Source: Myxococcaceae bacterium (GTDB taxonomy: Bacteria > Myxococcota > Myxococcia > Myxococcales > Myxococcaceae). From it: a stretch of 64,000 bases of DNA. Below, piece by piece: positions 1-12,177 of this stretch. The notes beneath the pieces are model-generated. The model was not told the DNA's origin, searched no databases, and worked only from the letters and a program-made list of their open reading frames with translations. How positions within the stretch are numbered: the stretch's first letter is position 1; each line of letters opens with the position of its first letter. The position numbers and the translations under genes were made by a program. The stretch is taken from NCBI GenBank assembly GCA_046351675.1, contig JAXLYB010000002.1:128001-192000 (forward strand), in the 5' to 3' direction.

Positions 1-777
1 ACGTACGTCGAGCTGCCGTTCACGCCCGAGGTGGCCGAGACGCTGCCGGCAGGCGACGCGTGGCTGCGCGTCCTGGGTGGTGGGGCCGGCGGCGTGTCGG
101 GCGGCTCGCTGTGGTTCTTCGGCAAAGAGGTCGGGGGCGCGCTGCTCGCGGCCGACGGCAGCCTTTCGCTCGAGGTGTTGTCGTCACCCGCGGCGAAGGT
201 GCGCCTCGCCGGGCACGAAGCGACCGCCAACGAGATGGGCCGGAGCGAGCTGAAGTTCACGCCCGCCGAGGTGCTCGCGCTGCTCTCGTTTTCAGACGAC
301 GAACCCGTCGACGCGAGCGTGAACGGCAAGCCCGTGGCGCTGCGCGCGCACTGGACGTTGCAGGCGGCACAGGTGCGACCGCTGGTCGAGAAGCCGCTCG
401 GCGGTTCTCGCGCGAGTGAGTCGATGGCCCTGTTCTTCAACTCGCGCGGGCAGATGTCGGCCAGCGGGCGGGTGGGCAAGCTGTCGACCCTCGACGTGCT
501 CGCGGTGGGGACCGCGCAGCCCGAGCGCAAGATGCCGGCGTGCGGCGGCTACCACCTGCTCAAGCCCGGCGAGAAGGCGACCGGTGAGGGCGTCAAGCTG
601 GACCGCGTGGCCATCGACGAGGAAGTCGTCGCGCGTGATGCGCACACCGGCCAGGAACTCGCCCGCAAGGTCTTCACTGCCTCTGACTTCTGCCCGTCGG
701 AGCTGCGCCCAGGCGACTCGGTGCTCAAGAACGAGGTGAGCTCCGACGACGTCAACACCTGGCTCAAGACGTTGTGA
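1..777 (+). CDS. Hypothetical protein, 5'-partial (the reading frame is open to the window edge)
   Basis: ORF 31-777 continues in frame to base 1 (TYVELPFTPE...). GC3 is high. I recognised no motif. Confidence 0.45.
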   Translation, partial: TYVELPFTPEVAETLPAGDAWLRVLGGGAGGVSGGSLWFFGKEVGGALLAADGSLSLEVLSSPAAKVRLAGHEATANEMGRSELKFTPAEVLALLSFSDDEPVDASVNGKPVALRAHWTLQAAQVRPLVEKPLGGSRASESMALFFNSRGQMSASGRVGKLSTLDVLAVGTAQPERKMPACGGYHLLKPGEKATGEGVKLDRVAIDEEVVARDAHTGQELARKVFTASDFCPSELRPGDSVLKNEVSSDDVNTWLKTL

Positions 778-951
778 GCGCACTCCCAAGGTGTGCAGGC
801 TCACCTCGCCTCGGCTTTCTGAAGAACACCGTCAGGGTCTATCCCAGCGATTTCACGCCGGAACGTGGACTGGATGAGCTGCGCGACGCGGACCCCTCGG
901 GTTTGCGTTCGCGGTTCACTCCCACCGGGAGCGCCGGGTCGATTCCACACC

Positions 952-1644
952 ATGAGTTCTCTCTTCTTTCCCGACGTGGTGCGCGCCGTTTGTTCCGCGG
1001 GAGGCGTGGCGCTGCTGCTTCGCGCGACCGCGTTCAACGAGCACTTGAAACTCCTCCCCGCGGGCTGGGCAGTGCTCGCGTTGATGGTCGCGCTGTGGGG
1101 ATGGGCGAGCTTCCGCATCGTGCAGCGCGACGCGAGCGCACCGCCTGCCGACGTCGTCATCGGCCGCTGGCGAACGCTCAGCGTCGTTCAGGAGTTCGTC
1201 ATCGCCGGCACCGGCGCGCTCCTCGCAGTGGCCGGTTGCTTCATGCTCATCGGCCCGCTCTGCATGGAGGTGTGGGGCACTTCCCCGCCCGAGCCCGCGC
1301 GCATCAGCACACCCGAAGTGGTCATGGGCGCAGTCTTCGCCGCGCTCGGGTTCATGCTCATCTTCTACCGGCCCGTGATGCACATCACGCGCACCGTCTC
1401 GCGCTGGTTCCCCTTCGGCCTGGCGCTCGGGTGGGCTCGACGGGAGTGGCCGACTTCGAAGCTGCGCGTCGTGAGCGAGGGCTTTCACCGCACCAACCGC
1501 GGTGGTCGCCTCGGCGAGATGCTTCGCGTGAAGGTCGCCGGACACCAAGCCGACCTCGAGTACCTCCCGGGGAGCAGCGGCGACGAGGCGCTCACCCAGA
1601 AGCGCGCGTGGCGCGAGCGGCTCGGGCTCAACGTCGAGGACTGA
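952..1644 (+). CDS. Hypothetical polytopic membrane protein
   Basis: ORF 865-1644 has an internal ATG at 952 (MSSLFFPDVV...) followed by several hydrophobic helices (GVALLLRATAF..., WAVLALMVALWGWASF, AGTGALLAVAGCFMLIGPL, GAVFAALGFMLIFY). The choice between 865 and 952 as start is unresolved. Confidence 0.45.
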   Translation: MSSLFFPDVVRAVCSAGGVALLLRATAFNEHLKLLPAGWAVLALMVALWGWASFRIVQRDASAPPADVVIGRWRTLSVVQEFVIAGTGALLAVAGCFMLIGPLCMEVWGTSPPEPARISTPEVVMGAVFAALGFMLIFYRPVMHITRTVSRWFPFGLALGWARREWPTSKLRVVSEGFHRTNRGGRLGEMLRVKVAGHQADLEYLPGSSGDEALTQKRAWRERLGLNVED

Positions 1645-1653
1645 ACTTCAGCC

Positions 1654-3087
1654 TCAGCCGACCGATTCGTTCTCGAACGCGATGGGCGGCGGCGGCGTGT
1701 CGTGCGCGCGCACGTGGCGGCGCAGCGCGACGGTCGGCACGTGGAAGTCGAGCTCCAGCGCGCGGCGGCCGTCGTAGGTCGCCAGCCGCTGGTAGCAGAA
1801 GGCCGACAGCGACTCCGCAAGGCGGCGGCGGTGGAAGCGCGCGTCGAGCACGCCCGCGCGGTGCACGGCCATCGCCACGTTCGGCGCGCGGAACACGCAG
1901 AGCGCGAGGCGCCCATCCATCGCGGCGTCGAGGGCGAGCTCGAGGCCCAGCCCGTCGTCGACGAGGTCGAAGCCCACCACCTGCAGCGGCTGCAGCTTCG
2001 TGGCCCGCATGAACTCGTCGGGCTCGGCGTCGCTGCCGTACATGTACTGCCGCGCGGCGCCGGGGCCGGGCCGGAGCGGGAGACCCAGGGGTTCCTCGAG
2101 TGACGCGACGTGCCGGCCGAGCTCGACGAAGCGCTGGAGAATCGCCGAGAGCAGCGTGGTGCGGCCGCTCCCGGGCTCGCCGCTGATCAACACCAGCCCG
2201 CGCTCGAGCTTGAGCAGCGGCGCCTGGACGAGCGGAGAGACGCCGAGCGCGTCGAGGGTCGGCGCGGTGCGCGGCAAGGCACGGAAGGTCGCGGCGCGAA
2301 ACCCGCGCTCGGTGGTGAGCGTGACGCGGAAGCGCCCGAGCTCCGCCGACGCGATGGAGTGGATGGTCGGCCCACGCCCGTCGAGCGCCTCGGGCTCGAG
2401 CACGCCGCCCAGGTACTCGTGGATGTCGTCGGGCGTCAGCGCCTCGCTGCCCACCGCGCGGCTGCCGAACGGACCATGCAGCGTCGGCGGCAGGCCCACC
2501 GTCAGCGTGAGGTCAGACGCGTCGAGCTCGCGCATCTGCTCGAGGAGCGCGCGAATGCGGGACTCGGGCTCGTCGTCTCCCGCCTGGACCGGCGTGGCGC
2601 GCGGCGTGACGCCCTCGCGCAGCAACACCACGTGCTCTTCCTCGGCGCGTTGAGAACGCAGCGCGCCGGACTCGAGCAGGTTGACGAGCTCACTTTCCCA
2701 CCCGAACTGCACGGCCTCGCGCGCGGCCCGCAGCGACTCGCGGCTGACCTGGCGGGCGATGATGCGCAGCGGCAGCGAGCCGAACGCCTGCGCCCCGACG
2801 CCGCGGCGGTCGAGCCAGCCGCCCTCGAGCAGCTGCGCGGCGAGCGCGTCGTCGGCCAGCGCGAGCGAGGCGATGAGCAGGAAGCGGTCTTCCCAGTCGT
2901 CGGGGCTCTCGAGGTCGAGCGTGCCGCCGTGCTCGCCCGCACCGAGAATGGACTTCTTCAGCGCGCCCGCGGCCTCGTCGTCGAGCGTGCCGGTGTCAGC
3001 GGTGCGCGCGATGGCTTCCTGCGGGGCCGTGCGGAGGTGCGAGCGCAGGGCCTCGGGTTCGAGGAAGCGGGCGTGGAGAACGGGCAT
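1654..3087 (-). CDS. PilT/GspE-family (type IV pilus retraction / type II secretion ATPase-like) protein with variant Walker A and an extended N-terminus
   Basis: ASDLTLTVGLPP...GRFRVTLTTERGFRAATFRALP...LERGLVLISGEPGSGRTTLLSAIL follows the PilT core order. Walker A reads GSGRTT, with Arg in place of the usual Lys. ATG at 3087 lies 17 bp from the upstream gene's stop. A GTG at 3138 is an alternative start. Confidence 0.55.
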   Translation of the reverse strand: MPVLHARFLEPEALRSHLRTAPQEAIARTADTGTLDDEAAGALKKSILGAGEHGGTLDLESPDDWEDRFLLIASLALADDALAAQLLEGGWLDRRGVGAQAFGSLPLRIIARQVSRESLRAAREAVQFGWESELVNLLESGALRSQRAEEEHVVLLREGVTPRATPVQAGDDEPESRIRALLEQMRELDASDLTLTVGLPPTLHGPFGSRAVGSEALTPDDIHEYLGGVLEPEALDGRGPTIHSIASAELGRFRVTLTTERGFRAATFRALPRTAPTLDALGVSPLVQAPLLKLERGLVLISGEPGSGRTTLLSAILQRFVELGRHVASLEEPLGLPLRPGPGAARQYMYGSDAEPDEFMRATKLQPLQVVGFDLVDDGLGLELALDAAMDGRLALCVFRAPNVAMAVHRAGVLDARFHRRRLAESLSAFCYQRLATYDGRRALELDFHVPTVALRRHVRAHDTPPPPIAFENESVG

Positions 3088-3104
3088 GCGCGCGCGAAGG
3101 TAGC

Positions 3105-5969
3105 TCAGGGCAGCGACGGGTGCGTGGCGGTGATCCACACCGTGTAGAAAATCGTGCGCACGTCGCTGCCCCGGTAGTCACTCTTCGCGCGCAGGTAGAG
3201 GTACGTGCCGTCGAAGAAGTACTTCTCGGCCAGCGCGTCGTTCGCCACTTCGGTCACGCTCGACGCGGCGGTGAAGGTGCGAATGCCGGCGCCGTAGGGC
3301 GGGTAGTACGAATAGTACGAGCTGATCGAGAACGTGGTGCCCGCGGGGTAGGCGATCTTGAGCACCGAGCTGAGGCCCGGCGCAGCGCTCCACGGAACGA
3401 AGCTGATGCGGCGCGGCGTGAAGGCGTAGCCCGGGAACTCGAGGCGCACGGTCTCGCCCGCGGGCACTGGCAGCGCGGGGTAATCGGCCTGCAGCCCCAT
3501 GGCGAGAGCCGGGTAGCCAATCACCGGCGTGCCGGTCACCTCGCGGCGCAGCTGCGCGGCGGGGACGAGCGGCGTGCCCGTGCCGGTGCCGACGCCGGCG
3601 CCGATGTACGCGAGCCCGAAGTAGTTGCCGGTGCACAGCACGCCCGAGGTGGCGCTGGCCGGAGGCGCGGGCGAGCAGGTGTTGCCCTGCGTGTAGAACG
3701 GCAGGTTGTTCACCCACCAGCGGCCGGGGAAGCCGCCGGCACCATCGGCGTCGAGCACCGGCCCGTCGACGATGAACGAGGTGGGCGCGGGCAAGGTGAC
3801 GCGATCTCCGACCCTGACGTTGCTGAACTGGTTCGCGGAGAAGTCACCGATGCGCGTGTGGCCGAAGTACTCGAAGCCAAACATCGACCACATCGTGGCG
3901 TTGACGAAGCGCGAGCGACGAATCGCGCGCAGGTCGAAGCCCATCTGCATGACGGCGCTGTCGCCCAGGCTCTGCGCGAGCGGCGCGTTGAGGCGCGGCA
4001 CGAAGAGCCCGTCGTTGATCTGCAGGCCGGCGCGGGTGTTGTTGATCGCGAGCGACACGGTGTTCCACACCACCGGCGCGGCGAGCGTCAGGTCGGCCCC
4101 CGCGAGGAGGAAGCCGCTGCCCTGGCTCCCCACCACGCGAATGTTCTGGAACGTGGTGGCCAGCAGCACGCCCGTCGGCGCCGAGAGATGCGCGTCAGCC
4201 TGGGGTGCGTAGTCGGCGCTGTCGGCGACGCCGCTGGTCGTGCTGGCGATCGACTGGCCCATCTGCACGCCCATGCCGAGGGTGGCGTGCGCGAGGTTGT
4301 CATCGAAGCTGCCCAGCGCCCGGCGCCGCGGGCTCAGGTCGAGGCCCTGCGCGAGCCCCAGCGGCTGCTGCGCGAACGAGAGCCAGTACCCGCACCCGGC
4401 GACCTCGGTGGCCACGTTGCGACGCACGAAGTTGGCGGGGGCGCCCAGCACGAAGGCCGACGCGCCGCAGAGCCCCGGGGAACTCCCCGGGCCGGGCGTC
4501 ACGAACTCGGTGATGGTGGTCGGCGAGTTCGAGGGCCGGCGCACCGCGGCGACGAGGTTGTGCTCGAGCACGTTGTTCTCCTCGATGCCGCTGAGGAGCC
4601 ACACGGCATGGCCGGTGACGCGCGCGATGACGTTGTCGCGAACCACCGCGCCGTTCGCGAGGTGGATCACCACGCCGCGGTTCACGTCGGTGATGGCGTT
4701 GTTGCTGAGCTGCACTCCGGCGTCGGCCATGGCGCGCAGCTCGATGGCCGCGGTGCCGTCGCCGCCGTAGCCGCCGCGGTTGAGGCGCACGCCGTCGAGC
4801 ACGAGCACGCCGTTGCCCGTCGCCTGGATCGCCGCGCCCGTGCCCGCGTCCCACGTCGCGTCGCCCTCGCCTTCGATGACGATGTTGCGCGTGAGGTTGG
4901 CGATCTGCGCGCGGAGGTCGAGCGGCCAGCCCGCGTCGAACACGCCGTAGCGCGTGCCCACCAGCGGGCTCGAGACGGTGACCGACGCTCCGCTGGCGGC
5001 GGCGAGCTGCAGGAACTCGGTCCGCGAGCGGCCGCCGTCGGGCATGGTGTACGGCGAGGCGTCGTCGGCGTGGTGACCGCTGGGCGTGACGAGCACCTCG
5101 TCGCCCGCGCGCCAGTTGGTCGAGGTGCTGACGGTGAGCTGCGTCGTGCCGGCGTCGGCCGCTTCGAGCGTCGAGAAGATGGGCGTGGGGAAGACGCCGT
5201 GGAATTCGAGCCGGCCGTCTTGCTGCACGCGGATCATGCGGTCGCGCGAGTTGAGCGGGAAGTTGGAGCCGGTCAGCGTGATGCGCAGTGGAGAGGCGTG
5301 CGGCATCGCGGCAGTGCCGGCGACCCACGAGCCCCCGGAGAGATCGATGGCGCGCGCGCGAACGGTGAGCGCGGTGGGCGCCGTCGTGAGCTGACCGCGA
5401 ATCGTCAGGCGGCCGACGTCGACGTTCTCGTCGAGGAGGATGCGCTCGCTGGTGGCGATGGTGACGTCGAGGCCCCCTGCGTCGGGGCGCGAGGGCCAGC
5501 ACGACCAGCAGGTCTCGCCGGCAGGAGACAGGCACGAGGACGAGCAGAAGCCCGCGGGGCCGGCGTCGACTCCAGCGTCGAAGCCAGCGTCGGAGCCCGC
5601 ATCGAAGCCGCCCGCGTCGGAGATGCCCGCGTCAGAGCCGCCCGCATCGGAGCCGCCTGCATCGAGTTCGCCCGCGTCGAGTTCGCCCGCGTCGTTGGCG
5701 CCCGCGTCGTTGGCGCCCGCGTCAGCGTCGCCCGCGTCGATGCCGCCGGCGTCGGCGTCGCCCGCGTCGTTGGCACCCGCGTCGACTTCGCCCGCGTCCG
5801 CCTGGCCAGCGTCGAGACCTGCGTCGACGGAGCCCGCGTCGTCACCACCACCCGCATCGAGCACGTTCGCGCCGCTGTCGCTCGACGGCCCGCCGTCGTC
5901 AGAGCCCATGGGCGTGCCGCAGCCGAAGGCCCCCGCGACGAACACCAGCACCACGCACCGCTTGATCAT
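3105..5969 (-). CDS. Lipoprotein with DAG-repeat linker and right-handed parallel beta-helix (NosD/pectate-lyase-like) domain
   Basis: MIKRCVVLVFVAGAFGC lipobox. Roughly 30 copies of xDAG follow (DAGSVDAGLDAGQADAGEVDAG...). Later come beta-helix-type repeats (NNAITDVNRGVVIHLANGAVVRDNVIARVTGHAVWLLSGIEENNVLEHNLV). Confidence 0.6.
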   Translation of the reverse strand: MIKRCVVLVFVAGAFGCGTPMGSDDGGPSSDSGANVLDAGGGDDAGSVDAGLDAGQADAGEVDAGANDAGDADAGGIDAGDADAGANDAGANDAGELDAGELDAGGSDAGGSDAGISDAGGFDAGSDAGFDAGVDAGPAGFCSSSCLSPAGETCWSCWPSRPDAGGLDVTIATSERILLDENVDVGRLTIRGQLTTAPTALTVRARAIDLSGGSWVAGTAAMPHASPLRITLTGSNFPLNSRDRMIRVQQDGRLEFHGVFPTPIFSTLEAADAGTTQLTVSTSTNWRAGDEVLVTPSGHHADDASPYTMPDGGRSRTEFLQLAAASGASVTVSSPLVGTRYGVFDAGWPLDLRAQIANLTRNIVIEGEGDATWDAGTGAAIQATGNGVLVLDGVRLNRGGYGGDGTAAIELRAMADAGVQLSNNAITDVNRGVVIHLANGAVVRDNVIARVTGHAVWLLSGIEENNVLEHNLVAAVRRPSNSPTTITEFVTPGPGSSPGLCGASAFVLGAPANFVRRNVATEVAGCGYWLSFAQQPLGLAQGLDLSPRRRALGSFDDNLAHATLGMGVQMGQSIASTTSGVADSADYAPQADAHLSAPTGVLLATTFQNIRVVGSQGSGFLLAGADLTLAAPVVWNTVSLAINNTRAGLQINDGLFVPRLNAPLAQSLGDSAVMQMGFDLRAIRRSRFVNATMWSMFGFEYFGHTRIGDFSANQFSNVRVGDRVTLPAPTSFIVDGPVLDADGAGGFPGRWWVNNLPFYTQGNTCSPAPPASATSGVLCTGNYFGLAYIGAGVGTGTGTPLVPAAQLRREVTGTPVIGYPALAMGLQADYPALPVPAGETVRLEFPGYAFTPRRISFVPWSAAPGLSSVLKIAYPAGTTFSISSYYSYYPPYGAGIRTFTAASSVTEVANDALAEKYFFDGTYLYLRAKSDYRGSDVRTIFYTVWITATHPSLP

Positions 5970-6039
5970 CCGCGCAGACTACGCGCTCGCCCCGCAGCGC
6001 ACGAGCCTGCGAACAGACCCGTGCGAGGCAACTTTGGCC

Positions 6040-8574
<2,535 letters not shown>

Positions 8575-8732
8575 CTAGCATGTTTCGGGCTGTTGCAGCG
8601 AGCCGAAGTGCCACCGCAACACGATGTTTTTACGGGCCTTTTTGACCCTTTCGGCAAGCCCCGAAACACCCGTGTGACGTGAACTGCCGTGCACAGTTTC
8701 GGGCGCGATTTGTCGGCCCAAAAGTGCACGTC

Positions 8733-10331
8733 ATGACGAGCCTCGTGCTGATCATTTTGAGCAACGTCTCGCAGCCATTTCCGGGCGTGACGCTGGTGGA
8801 GAACGGTCAGTCGGCGATGACCATCGTGAACCTCTGCGCGCCAGGCGTGGCGGTGCGCGCGACGAAGTACGACGAGCGGCGCGGCACTCCGCAGGCGTGG
8901 GCGCAGCGCGTGGGCGCGCAGGTCGCCATCAACGCCGACTTCTTCGACTTCCCCGGGTGGTCGCTGGTGGTGGGCCGCGCGCGCGGTGCGGGTGAAGACT
9001 GGCCGAGCGACAAGCAGTTCCTCGAGTCGCGGCTCTACTGGTACTTCGGGCTCTTCACCGCGGGGCTGCAGGCCGATGCGAACGTGCCGCCCGCGGGCGC
9101 GCCGTGGATGACGGAGATCGTCGGCGGTCACAACCCGCTCATGCGCGACGGCCACTCGCTCGGGCCGACGTTCGATGGAGACGGCGTGCTGCAGAGCGGT
9201 CACCGGCGCACGGCGGTGGGGCTCTCGGCCGACAAGCGCACGCTCTATTTCATGGCGAGCAACAAGCTCCTCGATGGCAACGGCATGGTGGCCGAGCTCA
9301 TCGCGCTGCAGCAGGAAGCGGGCGCGCCGCCCATCGACGTGGCGACCAACATGGACGGTGGCGGCAGCTCGCAGCTGTACGTGCAGGGGCGTGGGCAGGT
9401 CATCACCAGCGGGCGGGAGGTGAACAACCACCTCGGCGTGTTCGCCAGCGGCAGTGGCTTCGCTCCGAACTGCAACAACCTGCCGCCGCGCGGGACGCTC
9501 GACGCCGCGACGTGCGAGGGCATTTCTGGCTGGTCGCAGGACCCGACGACGCCTGATGCGCCGGTCGACGTGCAGCTCGACTTTGGCGACGGGCACGTGA
9601 CGACGGTGAAGGCTGATCAGCGGCGCGAGGACTTGTGCAGCAACCTCATGAGCTGCAACCACGGCTTCACGGCGCGGGTGCCGAAGGCGCTGCTCGACGG
9701 GCAGGCGCACCTCGTCACCGCGCGCGGCGTCGACCTCGAGAATGGCTCGGCGTGGAAGCTCGAGCAGGGTGAGAAGACGTTCAGCTGCCGGGTCGATCCA
9801 CCGGCCGGTGGGCTGCGGCACGTCATCAACCCCGAGAGCTTCGCGGCGTGGCGGTTCTCGTTCTTCGACGACGTGCAGAGCGTGACCGACGCGCAGCTCG
9901 CCGCGCGCGACGTGCTCGCGGATTTTCCAGCGAAGCCCGAGCTGATTCGCGCCGAGGGGCGGCCCGAGGTGTGGCTCGTCGATGGCGAAGAGCGGCGGCA
10001 CGTGCGCGTGGAGGTGGTGGGGCCGTGGCGGTTGGATTTGGCGAGTGTTCGCGTGGTGGCGAGCACGGAGCTGGCGCGGCTGCGCGAGGGGGCGCCGCTG
10101 GGGATGCCGTGGTTGGTGAAGGGTTCGGGGCCGGCGGTGTACGTGGTCGACGTGCCGGCTTCTGCGCCGCTCGTGCTCACGTCGCTCGGCGTTCCGGCGC
10201 GGAGCAGCAGCGCGGGGTCAGCGTCTTCGGATTCGGGTGGCGTGGTTGGCGGGTGTTCGACGGGTGGTGCGGGGGGTGGTGCGGGGGGTGTGGTGCTCTT
10301 GCTCGCGCTGTGGTGTCGACGCCGGCGCTGA
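8733..10331 (+). CDS. Phosphodiester glycosidase (NAGPA/DUF2233-like) family secreted protein with MYXO-CTERM tail
   Basis: The central region resembles phosphodiester glycosidase (RTAVGLSADKRTLYFMASNKLLDG...NMDGGGSSQLYVQG). The C-terminus is GGCSTGGAGGGAGGVVLLLALWCRRRR. The start could be 8679 or 8733. Confidence 0.55.
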   Translation: MTSLVLIILSNVSQPFPGVTLVENGQSAMTIVNLCAPGVAVRATKYDERRGTPQAWAQRVGAQVAINADFFDFPGWSLVVGRARGAGEDWPSDKQFLESRLYWYFGLFTAGLQADANVPPAGAPWMTEIVGGHNPLMRDGHSLGPTFDGDGVLQSGHRRTAVGLSADKRTLYFMASNKLLDGNGMVAELIALQQEAGAPPIDVATNMDGGGSSQLYVQGRGQVITSGREVNNHLGVFASGSGFAPNCNNLPPRGTLDAATCEGISGWSQDPTTPDAPVDVQLDFGDGHVTTVKADQRREDLCSNLMSCNHGFTARVPKALLDGQAHLVTARGVDLENGSAWKLEQGEKTFSCRVDPPAGGLRHVINPESFAAWRFSFFDDVQSVTDAQLAARDVLADFPAKPELIRAEGRPEVWLVDGEERRHVRVEVVGPWRLDLASVRVVASTELARLREGAPLGMPWLVKGSGPAVYVVDVPASAPLVLTSLGVPARSSSAGSASSDSGGVVGGCSTGGAGGGAGGVVLLLALWCRRRR

Positions 10332-10346
10332 GGGTTGAGGGCTTTT

Positions 10347-10392
10347 CTCCTCACCCCGACCCTCTCCTCTGAAGAGGAGAGGGAGAAGGGTA
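10347..10392. repeat. REP-like intergenic hairpin (CTCACCCCGACCCTCTCC...GGAGAGGG family)
   Basis: ctcctcaccccgaccctctcctctgaagaggagagggagaaggg, with stem CCCTCTCCTCT/AGAGGAGAGGG. It lies between the glycosidase stop and the next start codon. Confidence 0.55.
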
Positions 10393-12131
10393 TGATGCGC
10401 TTCCCCATGACTTCCTTGCGCGCGTCAGTCGTCGTCGTCGCTTCCGTCTTCGCCCTCACCTTCGTCAACTGCGGCCCCGACCAGCTCGACACCAGCGCCC
10501 GCACCCAGGCGCGCGCCCAGCGCTTCGACGGCCTCTCGCAGGGCGTGGTCATCAGCCAGGTGTACGGCGGCGGCAACAGCGGCACCGCCATCTACAACCG
10601 TGACTTCATCGAGCTCTTCAACCGCGGCACCGCGGCGGTGAACTTGAGCGGCTGGTCGGTGCAGTACGGCAGCGCCGCCGGCACGGGCGCCTGGTCGGTG
10701 ACGCCGCTGAGCGCGACGATGCTGCAGCCGGGCCAGTACCTCCTCGTCGGCGAGCAGAGCGGCACCTCGGGCGCGCCGCTGCCCGTCACCGTCGACGTGA
10801 GCGGCTCGACCCCGATGGCAAATGGCGCCGGCAAAGTCGCCCTCGTGAACAACGCCACCGCGCTCACCGGCGCGTGCCCGACGTCGGCGGCCATCGTCGA
10901 CCTCGTCGGCTACGGCACCGCGTCGAACTGCAAGGAAGGCATGTCGACGCCGAACACCAGCCAGACCACGGCCGCGCTCCGCAAGGTCTTCGGGTGCACC
11001 GAGACCGATAACAACGCGAACGACTTCTCCATCGGCACGCCGGCGCCGCGCGCCACGGGCTCGGCGCGGGTGAACTGCACGACCGTCGACGCGGGGGTCG
11101 ATGCCGGCTTCGACGCGGGTGTGGACGCCGGGGTCGACGCGGGGCTCGACGCGGGCCGGCCCGACGCGGGCGCTGACGCCGGAGTCGACGCGGGTGGCTT
11201 CGACGCGGCGTGCACCGTGTACGCGACGTGGCCGACCGCCTTCTCCGCCGGCTCGTACGACCCGGGCTTCGTGACCGCGTACGCCGACTTCTACACGCAG
11301 CGGCCCTCGCAGATGGACGGCGGCATGCTGCTGTCGATCGAGGCGTACTTCGGCAACGGCACGCTCATGCCTCCCACCACCGCGACGTTCGACTCGATGA
11401 CCGACTACGCGACGTGCGACGTCTGCCCGCGCGCGTATTCCGGCTGCCAGGCGAGCGGAGCGTGCGCCAAGAAGTACCTCGCGCAGTCGGGCTCGGTGAC
11501 GGTCACCACCGCGACCGAGAACGACGTCGCGGGCCAGTGGGTCGGCTCGGTCAGCAACGTCACCTTCCGCGAATGGAACTTCGGCAGTGACACCCTCGTG
11601 CCGAACGGCGCGTGCATCACCGTCACCTCGCTGGCCATCAACCTCTCGTGGGACGCGGGCAGCGGTCCGACCGGCGGTGGTGGTGGTGCGACGGGCGGCG
11701 GTGGCGGCACCACGGGCGGTGGCGGTGGCGCGACGGGCGGCGGTGGTGGCGCGACCGGCGGCGGCACGGGCGGCGGTACGACGGGCGGCGGCGGTGGCGC
11801 GACCGGCGGCGGCGCGGGCACCGGCGGTGGCGGTGGGCGTCCTCCGCGCATGGACGGCGGCACCGGCGGCGGCGCGGGCGGTGGCGGTGGCACGACTGAC
11901 GCGGGCAGCGACGCTGGCGCGACGGGTGGTGGCTCGGGCGCCGGTGGCGGCGGCGGCTCGGCGACGGGTGGTGGCAGCAGCGGCTTCGGCGGTGGCGGCG
12001 TGCTCGGTGGTGGCGCCGGGGGCGGCTCGACGAAGGGTGGCAGCGGCTGCGCGTGCAGCACGGGCGCGGAGCTGGTGGTGCCGCTCGCCTTCCTGCTGGG
12101 CCTGATCCGCTCGCGGCGCCGTCGCAACTGA
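10392..12131 (+). CDS. Lamin-tail-domain (LTD) lipoprotein with DAG repeats, Gly-rich low-complexity region and MYXO-CTERM tail
   Basis: MMRFPMTSLRASVVVVASVFALTFVNCG lipobox. LTD-like VISQVYGGGNSGTAIYNRDFIELFNRGTAAVNLSGWSVQYGSAAGTGAW...GKVALVN. Then (DAG)n, (GGGGATG)n, and the ending GSGCACSTGAELVVPLAFLLGLIRSRRRRN. Confidence 0.65.
   Translation: MMRFPMTSLRASVVVVASVFALTFVNCGPDQLDTSARTQARAQRFDGLSQGVVISQVYGGGNSGTAIYNRDFIELFNRGTAAVNLSGWSVQYGSAAGTGAWSVTPLSATMLQPGQYLLVGEQSGTSGAPLPVTVDVSGSTPMANGAGKVALVNNATALTGACPTSAAIVDLVGYGTASNCKEGMSTPNTSQTTAALRKVFGCTETDNNANDFSIGTPAPRATGSARVNCTTVDAGVDAGFDAGVDAGVDAGLDAGRPDAGADAGVDAGGFDAACTVYATWPTAFSAGSYDPGFVTAYADFYTQRPSQMDGGMLLSIEAYFGNGTLMPPTTATFDSMTDYATCDVCPRAYSGCQASGACAKKYLAQSGSVTVTTATENDVAGQWVGSVSNVTFREWNFGSDTLVPNGACITVTSLAINLSWDAGSGPTGGGGGATGGGGGTTGGGGGATGGGGGATGGGTGGGTTGGGGGATGGGAGTGGGGGRPPRMDGGTGGGAGGGGGTTDAGSDAGATGGGSGAGGGGGSATGGGSSGFGGGGVLGGGAGGGSTKGGSGCACSTGAELVVPLAFLLGLIRSRRRRN
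11685..11830 (+). repeat. Imperfect 21-bp tandem coding repeat (GGGGATG heptapeptide units) inside the LTD gene
   Basis: ggcggtggcggcgcgacgggc-like units repeated about six times. The same Gly codon tract continues, more degenerate, to about 12060. Confidence 0.5.
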
Positions 12132-12177
12132 CGTCCGTCGGGAACCCGCGCGACCGCGCTGGTGTAAGGAGCGTCGA

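Noticed and set aside
774-2012. 412-aa Arg/Ala/Pro-rich ORF. The same applies to the similar long ORFs 3120-6062, 4300-5535, 5440-8499, 8568-10001, 10425-12230, 11638-13269, 12192-14096, 42324-45596, 48009-49847, 50590-52506 and others.
   Set aside because: They are alternative-frame or antisense readings of real genes in a 70% GC genome. Their composition is Arg/Ala/Pro/Gly-dominated and they carry no motifs. They overlap ORFs that have clear domain signatures and coherent start-site context.
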